Source: Minisyncoccota bacterium (lineage in GTDB: Bacteria; Patescibacteriota; Minisyncoccia; UBA6257; GWB1-50-10). From it: a DNA stretch of 64,000 nucleotides. The position numbers were made by a program, and so were the translations under genes. The DNA lies in contig DATLZO010000019.1 of the NCBI GenBank assembly GCA_035573955.1, positions 161 to 64,160 on the forward strand, in the 5' to 3' direction. The notes beneath the pieces are model-generated. The model did not search any database and had not been told where the DNA came from. It worked only from the letters and a program-made list of their open reading frames with translations. Positions within the stretch are counted from its first letter, which is position 1. Each line of letters starts with the position of its first letter. Of this stretch, positions 19,646-28,808 are shown one piece after another.

Positions 19646-21397
19646 ATGAACTCGGAAACAAAAACCTGCCAGAATTGTAAGCAATCTTTTAAGATTGAGG
19701 CGGACGACTTTAATTTTTACGAAAAAATTAATGTTCCGCCGCCGACGTGGTGTCCCAACTGCCGGGCGCAGCGGAGATTGATTTTCCGCAACGAGCGAAC
19801 CCTATATAGAAGAAAATGCGACCTCTGCGGTAAAGATATCATTTCAATTTTCCATAAAGATAGCCCGCAGACCGTTTACTGCCAGCCATGTTGGTGGTCG
19901 GACAAGTGGGATCCGACTTCATACAGTCGCGATTACGATTTCTCTCGTCCGTTTTTCGAACAGTTCCTCGAGTTATACCGGAAAGTACCGTTGCCGGCAC
20001 TCTCCACTTTTTATACGACTTTAGTGAACAGTGAATATGTCAATCAAGCCGGATATATGAAGAATTGCTACCTCCTCTTTGATTCGGACTACGACGAGAA
20101 CTGCGCTTATGGAACGGAGGTTGAGCACAGTCATGATTGTTTTGATTGCCTGATGATAAACGGCTGTAGCCTTGCTTATGAGTGTGTTAACTGCCAGAAG
20201 TGTTACGAGATTTTTTACTCTATGGATTGCGATAACTCACATCACGTCTGGTTTTCCCGAGATCTTATCGGCTGCTCTTACTGTTTCGGTTGCACGAATT
20301 TGAGAAACAAGCAGTATCATATTTTCAACAAGCCTTACTCGAAGGAAGAGTATGAGAGAGAAATAAAGCGGCTAAGTCCCAATTCCAAAGAGAAAGTTCT
20401 GGAGATGAAAGAAAAAGTCGAAGAGTTCTTTCTTACTTTCCCACGTAAGTACATTCGCGGTCGGCAAAACACCAACGTTTCGGGCGATTATATCCATCAT
20501 TCCAAGGAAGTGTTCAATTCTTACATCGTTACCGAAGCACAGAATTGCAAGTATTGCATGTGGTTAATCGTGAAACCCATAAAAGACTGCTGGGATTACG
20601 CGGGGTTTGGCAACAACGCCCAGAATATGTATGAAAACATGAATTGCGGCCAAGATGTAAGCGATATTAGTTTTTCGTCGTTTGTATTTATATCTTCTTC
20701 TCGCATTAAATACTCGATATTTTGTTATTCTTCTCAAGACCTATTCGGCTGTGTCGGTCTGCGTCGAAAATCTTACTACATCTTCAATAAAGAATACTCT
20801 AAAGAAGACTATGAAAAGCTTGTTCCTCAAATAATTGAGCATATGAATAAAATGCCCTATACCGACGGTAAGGGGAGGGTTTACAAGTACGGAGAATTCT
20901 TCCCGCCTGATCTTTCACCTTTCGCTTATAACGAAACGACGGCGATAGAGTATTTTCCGCTGACCGAAACGGAGGTTCTAGAGAATGGTTACAGTTGGAA
21001 GGAAACTGAGAAACGCGACTACAAAGTAACAACTGTTGGACCAGAACTCGAGTGGGTCATAGGCTGCGAGCACGGCGGCAAGTGCAATCATAATTGTACG
21101 ACTGCCTTTAAATTGATACCCCAAGAACTGCAATTTTATAAGAGGATGAATATTCCTTTGCCTCAACTTTGTCATAACTGCCGGCATCACGAACGATTGG
21201 GGCAGAGAAATATTTTCAAACTCTCCCATCGGCGGTGTCAGTGCGCAGGTGCAAGTTCGGAGAATAAAGTCTACCAGAACAACCATTCCCACTTCCACGG
21301 TGCCGAACATTGCCCCAACGAATTTGAAACTTCTTATTCCCCTGACCGGAAAGAAATTGTCTACTGCGAACAGTGCTACAACACCGAAGTCGCATAG
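19646..21397 (+). CDS. Cys-rich zinc-ribbon repeat protein (CPR-type), paralogue 1
   Basis: Many CxxC motifs, WWSDKWD, YGEFFP, VYCEQCY. Confidence 0.85.
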   Translation: MNSETKTCQNCKQSFKIEADDFNFYEKINVPPPTWCPNCRAQRRLIFRNERTLYRRKCDLCGKDIISIFHKDSPQTVYCQPCWWSDKWDPTSYSRDYDFSRPFFEQFLELYRKVPLPALSTFYTTLVNSEYVNQAGYMKNCYLLFDSDYDENCAYGTEVEHSHDCFDCLMINGCSLAYECVNCQKCYEIFYSMDCDNSHHVWFSRDLIGCSYCFGCTNLRNKQYHIFNKPYSKEEYEREIKRLSPNSKEKVLEMKEKVEEFFLTFPRKYIRGRQNTNVSGDYIHHSKEVFNSYIVTEAQNCKYCMWLIVKPIKDCWDYAGFGNNAQNMYENMNCGQDVSDISFSSFVFISSSRIKYSIFCYSSQDLFGCVGLRRKSYYIFNKEYSKEDYEKLVPQIIEHMNKMPYTDGKGRVYKYGEFFPPDLSPFAYNETTAIEYFPLTETEVLENGYSWKETEKRDYKVTTVGPELEWVIGCEHGGKCNHNCTTAFKLIPQELQFYKRMNIPLPQLCHNCRHHERLGQRNIFKLSHRRCQCAGASSENKVYQNNHSHFHGAEHCPNEFETSYSPDRKEIVYCEQCYNTEVA

Positions 21398-21437
21398 TTT
21401 GACTAATTTCTGATTTCTAATTACCATTTACTAATCT

Positions 21438-21800
21438 ATGTTAGCCATTAAACTACAAAGACGGGGCAAAAAACATCAAGCCTCTTTCCGTTTGATTGTT
21501 ACTGAGAAGCGTTCTAAACTCGGCGGGCGTTTCATAGAAGATTTGGGATGGCTTGACCCCAAGGCAAAGAAATCGGAAGTGAAAAAGGATAAGATTGAAC
21601 ACTGGCTCAAGGTTGGTGCGAAACCGACGCCGAGCGTTCACAATCTTCTCGTGAGGGAAGGTGTCCTGAAGGCGCCTAAAATACCTGTTCACAAGAAGTC
21701 CAAGAAGACGGTTGACAAAGAAACATCGCCCACTCCAGTGGCCGCCTCTTCCACCACGGTAGAGACTGTTCCGGCCAGTCCACAAAGTGAAGCTAAGTAA
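21438..21800 (+). CDS. rpsP: 30S ribosomal protein S16
   Basis: IKLQRRGKK, GRFIEDLGWLDP, WLKVGAKPT. Confidence 0.96.
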   Translation: MLAIKLQRRGKKHQASFRLIVTEKRSKLGGRFIEDLGWLDPKAKKSEVKKDKIEHWLKVGAKPTPSVHNLLVREGVLKAPKIPVHKKSKKTVDKETSPTPVAASSTTVETVPASPQSEAK

Positions 21801-21853
21801 TTTAAAATCCCTAAAGGTCGAAGTGGTTTCGTGATGGCAAGTGAGGGAAGTTT

Positions 21854-22141
21854 ATGTCCAAAATGGCTGATCAGGAATTCCTGGAATATCTAGTGAAATC
21901 CATCGTCGACCACCCCGACGATGTCAAAGTTGAGCGGAAGGTTGACGAACGCGGCGTTCTCATTTCTCTTAAAGTCCATCCGCAGGATATGGGCCAGGTT
22001 GTCGGCCGGCAAGGCGCGACAGCCAAGGCGGTCCGAACGCTTCTGCGGATCGTCGGGATGAAGAATAACGCCCGAGTCAATCTGAAAATTGAGGAGCCGG
22101 AGGGCTCGACTAGAGGCCCGCAGCCGGAGAGGGAGAGATAG
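21854..22141 (+). CDS. khpA: KH-domain RNA-binding protein KhpA
   Basis: DMGQVVGRQG, follows rpsP. Confidence 0.9.
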   Translation: MSKMADQEFLEYLVKSIVDHPDDVKVERKVDERGVLISLKVHPQDMGQVVGRQGATAKAVRTLLRIVGMKNNARVNLKIEEPEGSTRGPQPERER

Positions 22142-22156
22142 GGCGGCAACGCTGCA

Positions 22157-22191
22157 CCCGCCTCTCTTTTTAGAGAGGCGGGATTTTTCTT
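22157..22191 (+). terminator. Rho-independent terminator
   Basis: CCCGCCTCTCT-loop-AGAGAGGCGGG then T tract. Confidence 0.75.
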
Positions 22192-22285
22192 AAACTTAGT
22201 AAAGGGCCCCGCGAAAATTTATTTTCGCGATGGGCAAACTAACTAATTTCAAATGTTTTTGAGACAAAGTTTATAATTAACCTAA

Positions 22286-22975
22286 ATGATCACGTTTAGC
22301 GTTGTGACAATAATGCCGGAGATTTTCGATTCGTATCTTAAGATGTCTATCATCGGGCGGGCGGTGAAGAAAAAGCTGGTAAAGCTGAATTTTGTGAATC
22401 CAAGGCGCTTTACCAAAGACCGCCACAAAACAGTTGATGACCGGTCTTACGGCGGGGGAGCAGGTATGGTTCTTAAACCCGAACCTCTCTTAAAAGCGGT
22501 GGATTATCTGAAAAATAAGTCCAAAAACAGTAAGCAAAAAATAGTGTTGCTTTCCGCCAAAGGCAAACAGTTCAACCAGAAAATGGCTTACCATTGGGCC
22601 AAAAGTTACAAAAACATTATTTTTATCTCCGGTCGTTATGAGGGGATTGATGAGCGAGTGAGGATTGCACTGAAAGCCGAGGAAATATCCATAGGTCCCT
22701 ACATCCTGACCGACGGCGATGTGGCCGTGATGGCGATTATTTCAGCTGTCACCCGTCTCATTCCCGGCGCCATTAAACTGGAATCTCTCTATGAGGAGTC
22801 GCACTGGAACGTGAGATTGAAAAAAGATGAACGAGGCAAGTTGGAATACCCGCACTACACCCGACCGGAGACGCTCGTCTACCAGGGAAGGAAATATCGT
22901 GTCCCAAAAGTCCTTCTCTCCGGCGACCATCAGAAGATCGAGAAATGGCGTAAAGAACACCAGAAGACCGTTTAA
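22286..22975 (+). CDS. trmD: tRNA (m1G37) methyltransferase
   Basis: VDDRSYGGGAGMV, GRYEGIDER, EYPHYTRP. Confidence 0.96.
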   Translation: MITFSVVTIMPEIFDSYLKMSIIGRAVKKKLVKLNFVNPRRFTKDRHKTVDDRSYGGGAGMVLKPEPLLKAVDYLKNKSKNSKQKIVLLSAKGKQFNQKMAYHWAKSYKNIIFISGRYEGIDERVRIALKAEEISIGPYILTDGDVAVMAIISAVTRLIPGAIKLESLYEESHWNVRLKKDERGKLEYPHYTRPETLVYQGRKYRVPKVLLSGDHQKIEKWRKEHQKTV

Positions 22976-23013
22976 TTGACACAAGAGACCGTTTTAAACT
23001 AACATAAAGTCCT

Positions 23014-23745
23014 ATGCCCGAAGCTATTTTAGATGAATCCAAGGTGACCGAACTTGCCATGAAGGGCGTGATTTTGGGCCACAAGAAATCCAAGACTCAT
23101 CCTTTAATGAGGCCTATTATCATCGACACCAAGAACGACATAGAGCTCTTAGATCCCCAGGCAGTGGTGTCGAGTCTCGAGCGGGCTGTTGCCTTTGTTA
23201 AAGAAAAGGCGAAACCCGGTTATCTCGCCTTTTTCGTTGCCACTATTCCTGGCATTAAGGACGACGTTAAGGCTTTTGCCGAGGAGTTTGCAATGCCTTA
23301 CGTCGTGAACCGCTGGCTCGGAGGTACGCTCACTAATTTTCCCGTCATTTCAAAGCAAGTCCGCCATTACGAGGATCTTATTGCCAAGCAAGAAAGAGGA
23401 GAGCTTGCTAAGTACACCAAGAAAGAACAGCAGGGTTTTGCGAAGGAGATAGAGAAAATGAGGGGCAATCTTCAGGGACTCATCCGTCTCACGCGTCTTC
23501 CAGATTGGATGTTCATCGTCGACATTAAGGAGCACGAGACGGCGGTTCGGGAAGCGAAGAAGATTGGCATCCCCGTTGTTGCGATAGTAGACAGCGATGA
23601 TGATCCAACGCTCGTCACGTATCCGATTTACGCTTCCGACCATGCCCGGGAAAGCGTGAAGTGGGTAATGGAGGGTATCGGTCAGGCGCTTCGGGACGCG
23701 GCGCAGGCCCCGGTTAATGCCGAAACGGTGATCGAAACCAAATGA
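23014..23745 (+). CDS. rpsB: 30S ribosomal protein S2
   Basis: RWLGGTLTNF, AVREAKKIGIP. Confidence 0.95.
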   Translation: MPEAILDESKVTELAMKGVILGHKKSKTHPLMRPIIIDTKNDIELLDPQAVVSSLERAVAFVKEKAKPGYLAFFVATIPGIKDDVKAFAEEFAMPYVVNRWLGGTLTNFPVISKQVRHYEDLIAKQERGELAKYTKKEQQGFAKEIEKMRGNLQGLIRLTRLPDWMFIVDIKEHETAVREAKKIGIPVVAIVDSDDDPTLVTYPIYASDHARESVKWVMEGIGQALRDAAQAPVNAETVIETK

Positions 23746-24182
23746 CCGACGACGTCAAAAAACTGAGAGATATGACTGGCGCGGGAGTGATGGACTGCCA
23801 GCGCGCTTTAGAAGAAGCAAAGGGCAATTTTGAGACAGCGCTGAAGCTCATCAAGGAGCGTGGAGTGCTTATTGCCGAGAGGAAAGGGGAAAGAAAGACT
23901 GGCGTCGGCATCATCGAGTCTTATGTTCACAACGGTCGCATAGGAGTTCTTCTTGAGATGCGCACGGAGACGGATTTCGTTGCGCGATCGGAGCCTTTCC
24001 GCGAGCTTGCTCATGAACTCGCCATGCAAATTTCGGCGATGGCGCCGGCGGATGTCCAGACGCTTTTGAAACAACCCTACATCAAGGACGAAGCGACAAC
24101 GGTTGAGGATATTGTTAAACGAACAATTGCCAAAGTTGGCGAGAATATAAAAGTGGAGAGATTCACGCGTTACGAGATCTAA
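23742..24182 (+). CDS. tsf: Elongation factor Ts (short form)
   Basis: VKKLRDMTGAGVMDC, ETDFVAR, GENIKVERF. Confidence 0.95.
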   Translation: MTDDVKKLRDMTGAGVMDCQRALEEAKGNFETALKLIKERGVLIAERKGERKTGVGIIESYVHNGRIGVLLEMRTETDFVARSEPFRELAHELAMQISAMAPADVQTLLKQPYIKDEATTVEDIVKRTIAKVGENIKVERFTRYEI

Positions 24183-24496
24183 TGTCCTTGCAATTCACTC
24201 TAGAAATCTTGATAATGCTGTCTTTGGGGGTTATTCTTTATCTTGCGGCGCGGACGCTGCCGCGTATAGACGATCGGGAAGAAGCTGGTCTCGGTTTCAA
24301 GACGCATTGGTTCGTAGCGCTGCTTGAGCGGGCCGATGAACGGCTTACGGCTGTCCGAGAGAAAATGCTCCGCAGGGCGGGGGTGATGGTTTTAAAGATC
24401 TCGAACGACATTAATTCCCGGCTCGCGAAAATTAAAAAGGTTAACGAAAAAGAAAGCGTTCTCCCTGATATGAGCGGTGAGAACAAGGGGGAATAG
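24182..24496 (+). CDS. Hypothetical membrane-anchored protein
   Basis: Coupled to tsf stop; N-terminal TM helix. Confidence 0.7.
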   Translation: MSLQFTLEILIMLSLGVILYLAARTLPRIDDREEAGLGFKTHWFVALLERADERLTAVREKMLRRAGVMVLKISNDINSRLAKIKKVNEKESVLPDMSGENKGE

Positions 24497-24499
24497 ATC

Positions 24500-24586
24500 G
24501 CGTCGGTGGCAGAGTGGTCAATTGCACTTGACTGTAAATCAAGCGCCCTTCGGGCTACGTAGGTTCGAATCCTACCCGGCGCACCA
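24500..24586 (+). tRNA. tRNA-Tyr(GTA)
   Basis: Cloverleaf, anticodon loop CTGTAAA, long variable arm, GTTCGAATC, CCA. Confidence 0.95.
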
Positions 24587-24762
24587 GACATGAAAAGTCA
24601 AAGAGTTTTGGTTTGTCTCGCTTCGCTCGACGGCCATTTTGTATTTGGATTTTCGGGGCAAAAACGAATTGGCGATTTTGAAGGAAGAAAAGAAAATTTC
24701 TTAATTATTGATTTTCTGGGATTTTGACTAAAAAACAGAAGAAATGTTGATTTTTGTTGGGA

Positions 24763-24791
24763 TTGACATAAGGCTTTAAATATGCTAGATT
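24763..24791 (+). promoter_or_regulatory. sigma70-like promoter
   Basis: TTGACA-17-TAGATT with extended TG. Confidence 0.55.
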
Positions 24792-24863
24792 TTCATTAGT
24801 AAACAATCGAGCTATTGTGGCTTGATTGCAGCACATTTCAACAAGCGAGGAGGTTGCAAAACC

Positions 24864-25148
24864 ATGATGACGATGGCGGTCCGCTATCCGTTCCTGTTTC
24901 TGTTCAGGATCACCGGTCAACTCACTCCGCTCTTCGAGCGCGCGAACTACACGGCGATCGGTTTCTCCGGTCATGTTTCGATGCTCGACGAGGACATTGC
25001 AAAGGAGCGCAAGCTCAAGCCGCTCAACCGCTTCGAGCGATGGCTCTTGAAGCCCATCATCGAGGACGAACAGACGCGGCGTCGCGAGTGCTTCTGGCAA
25101 GCCATCATCGAGGTCACAGGAAAAGGCCCGGACACCGACTGGTCGTGA
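24864..25148 (+). CDS. Hypothetical protein
   Basis: SD GAGGAGG upstream; GC-rich third positions. Confidence 0.55.
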   Translation: MMTMAVRYPFLFLFRITGQLTPLFERANYTAIGFSGHVSMLDEDIAKERKLKPLNRFERWLLKPIIEDEQTRRRECFWQAIIEVTGKGPDTDWS

Positions 25149-25181
25149 ACGAAATCCAACCAACCACGAAGGAGGCGCTGC

Positions 25182-25430
25182 ATGGCACAGACTGCAACGA
25201 CAGCGACGAAGAACAAGTTCGGGAGCAATCAGTTCCCGATCCACTACGAGGGTGGCTACCTGCGGGTTTACACGAACCCGTCAGGTGAGCTCTTCGTAGA
25301 GGACACCCGTTCAGGTGTCTCGATGCGGATCAATCCGTCTCATCCTGGTGGTCTCCAGTTCACCACCGATGGCCGGGTCGAGCCCATCCGAGTCACCAAC
25401 ACGATCGGGTGGTGTGTCGAACGTCGCTAG
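25182..25430 (+). CDS. Hypothetical protein
   Basis: SD AAGGAGG; followed by terminator. Confidence 0.65.
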   Translation: MAQTATTATKNKFGSNQFPIHYEGGYLRVYTNPSGELFVEDTRSGVSMRINPSHPGGLQFTTDGRVEPIRVTNTIGWCVERR

Positions 25431-25453
25431 ACTAACGAGCTTCGCGCTCGGTC

Positions 25454-25498
25454 AGAACCCACCATGTCACAAGACCTCTGGTGGGTTTCTTATTTTTG
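25454..25498 (+). terminator. Rho-independent terminator
   Basis: AGAACCCACCA...TGGTGGGTTTCT, T tract. Confidence 0.65.
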
Positions 25499-25756
25499 AT
25501 TTATTCCATTATTTTTATATAATGCATTTGTATTCGCTTCGCGAATTCTGAATTAGTTGCCGCCAAAGAAAAATTGGAGATTGTTAGATCTCGCGGCGAA
25601 GCCGCACCAAAATTCGCAGGTGGTTCCTCGCCGCCGCAGGCGGCGAAAACGGTTCACGCTATTTCAAGAATAGAGCACATCGCCACCAGCACGCTCTGCG
25701 TGAGGTGGCACCACTCGGAATAAATGATATCCTACGGTATAATTTATTCCTCGCTT

Positions 25757-25831
25757 GCCACCTTAGCTCAGCGGTAGAGCAACTGTTTTGTAAACAGTAG
25801 GTCCTCGGTTCAAATCCGAGAGGTGGCTCCA
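25757..25831 (+). tRNA. tRNA-Thr(TGT)
   Basis: Cloverleaf, loop TTTGTAA, CCA end. Confidence 0.95.
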
Positions 25832-25839
25832 AAAGCGAC

Positions 25840-25912
25840 GCCAGAGTAGCTCAGTCGGCAGAGCACATCCATGGTAAGGATGGGGTCGGGAGTTCGATTC
25901 TCCCCTCTGGCT
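25840..25912 (+). tRNA. tRNA-Thr(GGT), CCA not encoded
   Basis: Cloverleaf, loop ATGGTAA. Confidence 0.93.
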
Positions 25913-25952
25913 CAAAATTGATTTTTAGTCGCGGATTATCTATCCTATTATC

Positions 25953-26123
25953 GTGGCTCAATCAAAACTCAAGGAAAATCTAGTTAGGCTGAAGTGCACG
26001 GTTTGCAACCGGGTGAATTATTTCACGCGCAAGAACAAGAAACAGGTGGAGAGGAAATTGGAATACCGTAAATTCTGTACGTGGTGTAGGAAACATCAGT
26101 TGCATAAGGAAGCGAAAAAATAA
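25953..26123 (+). CDS. rpmG: 50S ribosomal protein L33 (zinc form; absent from ORF track)
   Basis: Manual translation MAQSKLKENLVRLKCTVCNRVNYFTRKNKKQVERKLEYRKFCTWCRKHQLHKEAKK. Confidence 0.95.
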   Translation: MAQSKLKENLVRLKCTVCNRVNYFTRKNKKQVERKLEYRKFCTWCRKHQLHKEAKK

Positions 26124-26197
26124 GGGGTCATAGTTCAATGGCAGAACGTCGGTCTCCAAAACCGATAATGGGGGTTCAACTCCCTCTGACCCCGCCA
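26124..26197 (+). tRNA. tRNA-Trp(CCA)
   Basis: Cloverleaf, loop CTCCAAA, CCA end. Confidence 0.93.
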
Positions 26198-26247
26198 GTT
26201 AAATTTATTAGGGTTTTTATTGACTAATTCGCACGAATTAGCCGGTG

Positions 26248-26276
26248 TTGACGTTTATAATTTAATCTGATATAAT
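26248..26276 (+). promoter_or_regulatory. sigma70-like promoter
   Basis: TTGACG-17-TATAAT with extended TG. Confidence 0.65.
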
Positions 26277-26489
26277 TTAGAAAGCACAATTAAGGTTTTC
26301 TTAGTCAAGCTGTTCATCGGTTTCGTTTTTATTTATCTGGGTGTTCTCTTGCTGCTGGTAGCTATCGTGGGTGTTCTTCTACTGACACGGCGGTATCTCC
26401 AGTGGCGTGGAGAGCAGAAGATAATGAAAATGGCCAGTCTCCTGTTGTTTTCTCCAGCTAAGGAAGCCATAACGTACAAGGAGGATGCA

Positions 26490-27059
26490 ATGCAGCTCAA
26501 GAAGCGGATTAAGGCGCTCTTCAGTAGCAGTAGCGCCGAGAAGTTGCTCGCGGCACTCATGCCCGCGCTGCGGGAACTCCGAGCTAACCTGCGCTCGGTG
26601 GAATTCTCCAGGGACCCGCTCGCGGACATCATCCGATTTTTCAACTTCGTGTCTCCGTGGCAGGATCGCGGGCTCCGCGATGTGATCGCGGCCTTCAGAG
26701 ACGTGAACTACGGCCAGTACGACGATGTGCTCGAGAAGCTCAAGACGCTCCAACTGCACTTCGAGCGCGCGGGTCGGAGCAAGTACGGTTGGAATAGAAC
26801 CAAGCCCGGCGAGACCGTGACCGAGGACAACGTCTATCTCGGGAACATCTTCGGTCTCTGGACCAAGACCGTGCGGTTCTGGAAGGAGAGGAAGAACGAG
26901 CCGAAGGGCGGTTGGGGATTCTCTGGTATGGAGCACCTCAACCCCTACGACGTCGTCTCGGAGCAGGCCCGGAAGTATATGGAGACCCACATCGGTCCGA
27001 TGTGGGAGCTCATCACGGGACTCGACCAGCACGTGAGGCAGCGAGTCAGGGCCGCGTAG
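26490..27059 (+). CDS. Hypothetical protein (orphan cassette)
   Basis: SD AAGGAGG before ATG 26490 (an upstream start is possible); high GC3; terminator follows. Confidence 0.7.
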   Translation: MQLKKRIKALFSSSSAEKLLAALMPALRELRANLRSVEFSRDPLADIIRFFNFVSPWQDRGLRDVIAAFRDVNYGQYDDVLEKLKTLQLHFERAGRSKYGWNRTKPGETVTEDNVYLGNIFGLWTKTVRFWKERKNEPKGGWGFSGMEHLNPYDVVSEQARKYMETHIGPMWELITGLDQHVRQRVRAA

Positions 27060-27084
27060 TTGTATCACCACCTTTCAAGCGAAC

Positions 27085-27128
27085 AAGGGGCTATCCGAAA
27101 GCATTCGGACGGCCCCTTTCGTTTTTTG
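27085..27128 (+). terminator. Rho-independent terminator
   Basis: AAGGGGC..TCCGAA..TTCGGA..GCCCCTT, T tract. Confidence 0.65.
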
Positions 27129-27156
27129 GCCGACGTGTTAAATTAAAGGTGACAAT

Positions 27157-28140
27157 ATGCCTCAAACTCCTAAAAAACTTCGGGTGGCGGTTTTGATGGG
27201 CGGGCCTTCGGCCGAGCATGAGGTTTCCTTAAAAAGCGGCAAAATGGTTTTGGATGCCCTGCCGCGCGATAAATACGAAGTAAAAAAAGTTTTTATAGAC
27301 AAAGATGGCGTCTGGGAAATTCCTCCATCCGAGTTGAAGAAGAACGTAGATGCCGTGTTTATTGCCCTTCACGGGACCTACGGTGAGGACGGTGTCGTCC
27401 AAGACATTTTGGATGCGGAAGGGATTCCATATACTGGTTCCGGCGCGAAAGAGAGCGCGCTTTCCATGAACAAATATCTCCTGACACGGCTTCTGAAAGA
27501 GGAAGGGTTCAGTGTCCCGCGGACGGAACTCGTCACCGTCGCCGACTGGCGCATGAAGCCTTCTGAAATTATCCATAAGATAAGGCACTATTTCGGTTAT
27601 CCGATAGTCGTGAAACCGAACCAGAACGGCTCTTCAGTCGGCGTTTCCATTGTGAGGGGAGAGGAAGGTTTAACTGGTGCTTTTAACGAGGCGTTCCGGG
27701 TTGGCCGCGAGGCGCTTGTCCAGGAATTCATCGTTGGCCGAGAAATGACCTGCGGTGTTATCGATTCCGGTTTCGTAGGGAGCGAGTTCGCTCTTTTACC
27801 TACAGAAATAGTGCCGAGAGTGAGCGACTTCTTTGATTATCGTGCAAAATACGAACCCGGCGCCTCCGATGAGATAACGCCGCCGGATTGCCCTGGCCAT
27901 ATTCAAAAAAAGATCCAGAACACAGCAAAATCGGTTCATAAGCTCGCCGGTTGCCGCGGTTTTTCCCGCGTTGATATGATCCTCGCGAAGAACAGCGAGA
28001 TATTTGTTCTGGAGATAAACACTATTCCGGGGCTCACGGAGCAAAGCTTACTGCCCAAAGCGGCTCTCGCTTCCGGCATCGCCTTTCCGGAACTTCTCAG
28101 CAGAATTGTTTCCGCCGCTTTCATTACTGTGAAAATCTGA
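27157..28140 (+). CDS. ddl: D-alanine-D-alanine ligase
   Basis: GGPSAEHEVSLKSG, LHGTYGEDG, GSSVG, EINTIPG. Confidence 0.96.
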   Translation: MPQTPKKLRVAVLMGGPSAEHEVSLKSGKMVLDALPRDKYEVKKVFIDKDGVWEIPPSELKKNVDAVFIALHGTYGEDGVVQDILDAEGIPYTGSGAKESALSMNKYLLTRLLKEEGFSVPRTELVTVADWRMKPSEIIHKIRHYFGYPIVVKPNQNGSSVGVSIVRGEEGLTGAFNEAFRVGREALVQEFIVGREMTCGVIDSGFVGSEFALLPTEIVPRVSDFFDYRAKYEPGASDEITPPDCPGHIQKKIQNTAKSVHKLAGCRGFSRVDMILAKNSEIFVLEINTIPGLTEQSLLPKAALASGIAFPELLSRIVSAAFITVKI

Positions 28141-28141
28141 C

Positions 28142-28783
28142 GTGACTCTTGAACGTCTCATAAAGGAACTTATCCGCGACGGCTATCTCAAATCGCCGGC
28201 CGTGATAGAAGCATTTGAAAAAGTGAAGCGCGCCGATTTCATTCCCGAAAAAGCAAAGGAGATGGCTTACGAGAACATTCCGCTTCCTATCGGCCACGGT
28301 CAGACTATTTCTCAACCATTAACCGTTGCCTTTATGCTGGAACTTTTGGAACCTAAGAAGGGGGAGAAAGTTTTGGACATTGGTGCCGGAAGCGGCTGGC
28401 AGACGGCGCTCATATCCCACCTCGTGGGTGATAGCGGGAAAGTAGTTGCCATCGAACGGATACCTGAACTGCGGGCGATGGCGGAGGAAAACGTGACTAA
28501 ATATGGTTTTACGAAGGATATCGCGAAAATAGTTCTTGCCGACGGTTCGAAAGGCTATCCGGACGAGGCGCCCTACGACAAGATTGTGGCCGCCGCTTAC
28601 GTGAAGCGGATTCCGGAGGCCTGGAAGGAACAACTGAAGATAGGCGGACGGATAGTCGCCCCGGTTGGAGAGGAAATAACTGTTCTCGACAAAACGGGGC
28701 CTAATACTTTCGAAAAGAAGCAATTTTTTGCCTTTCTTTTCGTCCCTTTAGTCGAGGGAACGGTTGGGGATAGCACTTCTTGA
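28142..28783 (+). CDS. pcm: Protein-L-isoaspartate O-methyltransferase
   Basis: IGHGQTISQP, LDIGAGSGW, APYDKI. Confidence 0.94.
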   Translation: MTLERLIKELIRDGYLKSPAVIEAFEKVKRADFIPEKAKEMAYENIPLPIGHGQTISQPLTVAFMLELLEPKKGEKVLDIGAGSGWQTALISHLVGDSGKVVAIERIPELRAMAEENVTKYGFTKDIAKIVLADGSKGYPDEAPYDKIVAAAYVKRIPEAWKEQLKIGGRIVAPVGEEITVLDKTGPNTFEKKQFFAFLFVPLVEGTVGDSTS

Positions 28784-28808
28784 CATATCGGGTTTTTTGC
28801 CCTATATT
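28780..28808 (+). promoter_or_regulatory. Promoter of the 23S-5S unit
   Basis: TTGACA-17-TATATT. Confidence 0.65.

Noticed and set aside
19646-21397. Diversity-generating retroelement targeting the Cys-rich paralogues
   Set aside because: No reverse transcriptase and no near-identical TR/VR pair with adenine-specific differences seen
24587-25756. Prophage or integrative element at tRNA-Tyr
   Set aside because: No integrase and no duplicated tRNA 3' end found
26379-27071. 230-aa minus-strand ORF
   Set aside because: Antisense shadow of a high-GC3 gene; promoter, SD and terminator support the plus strand
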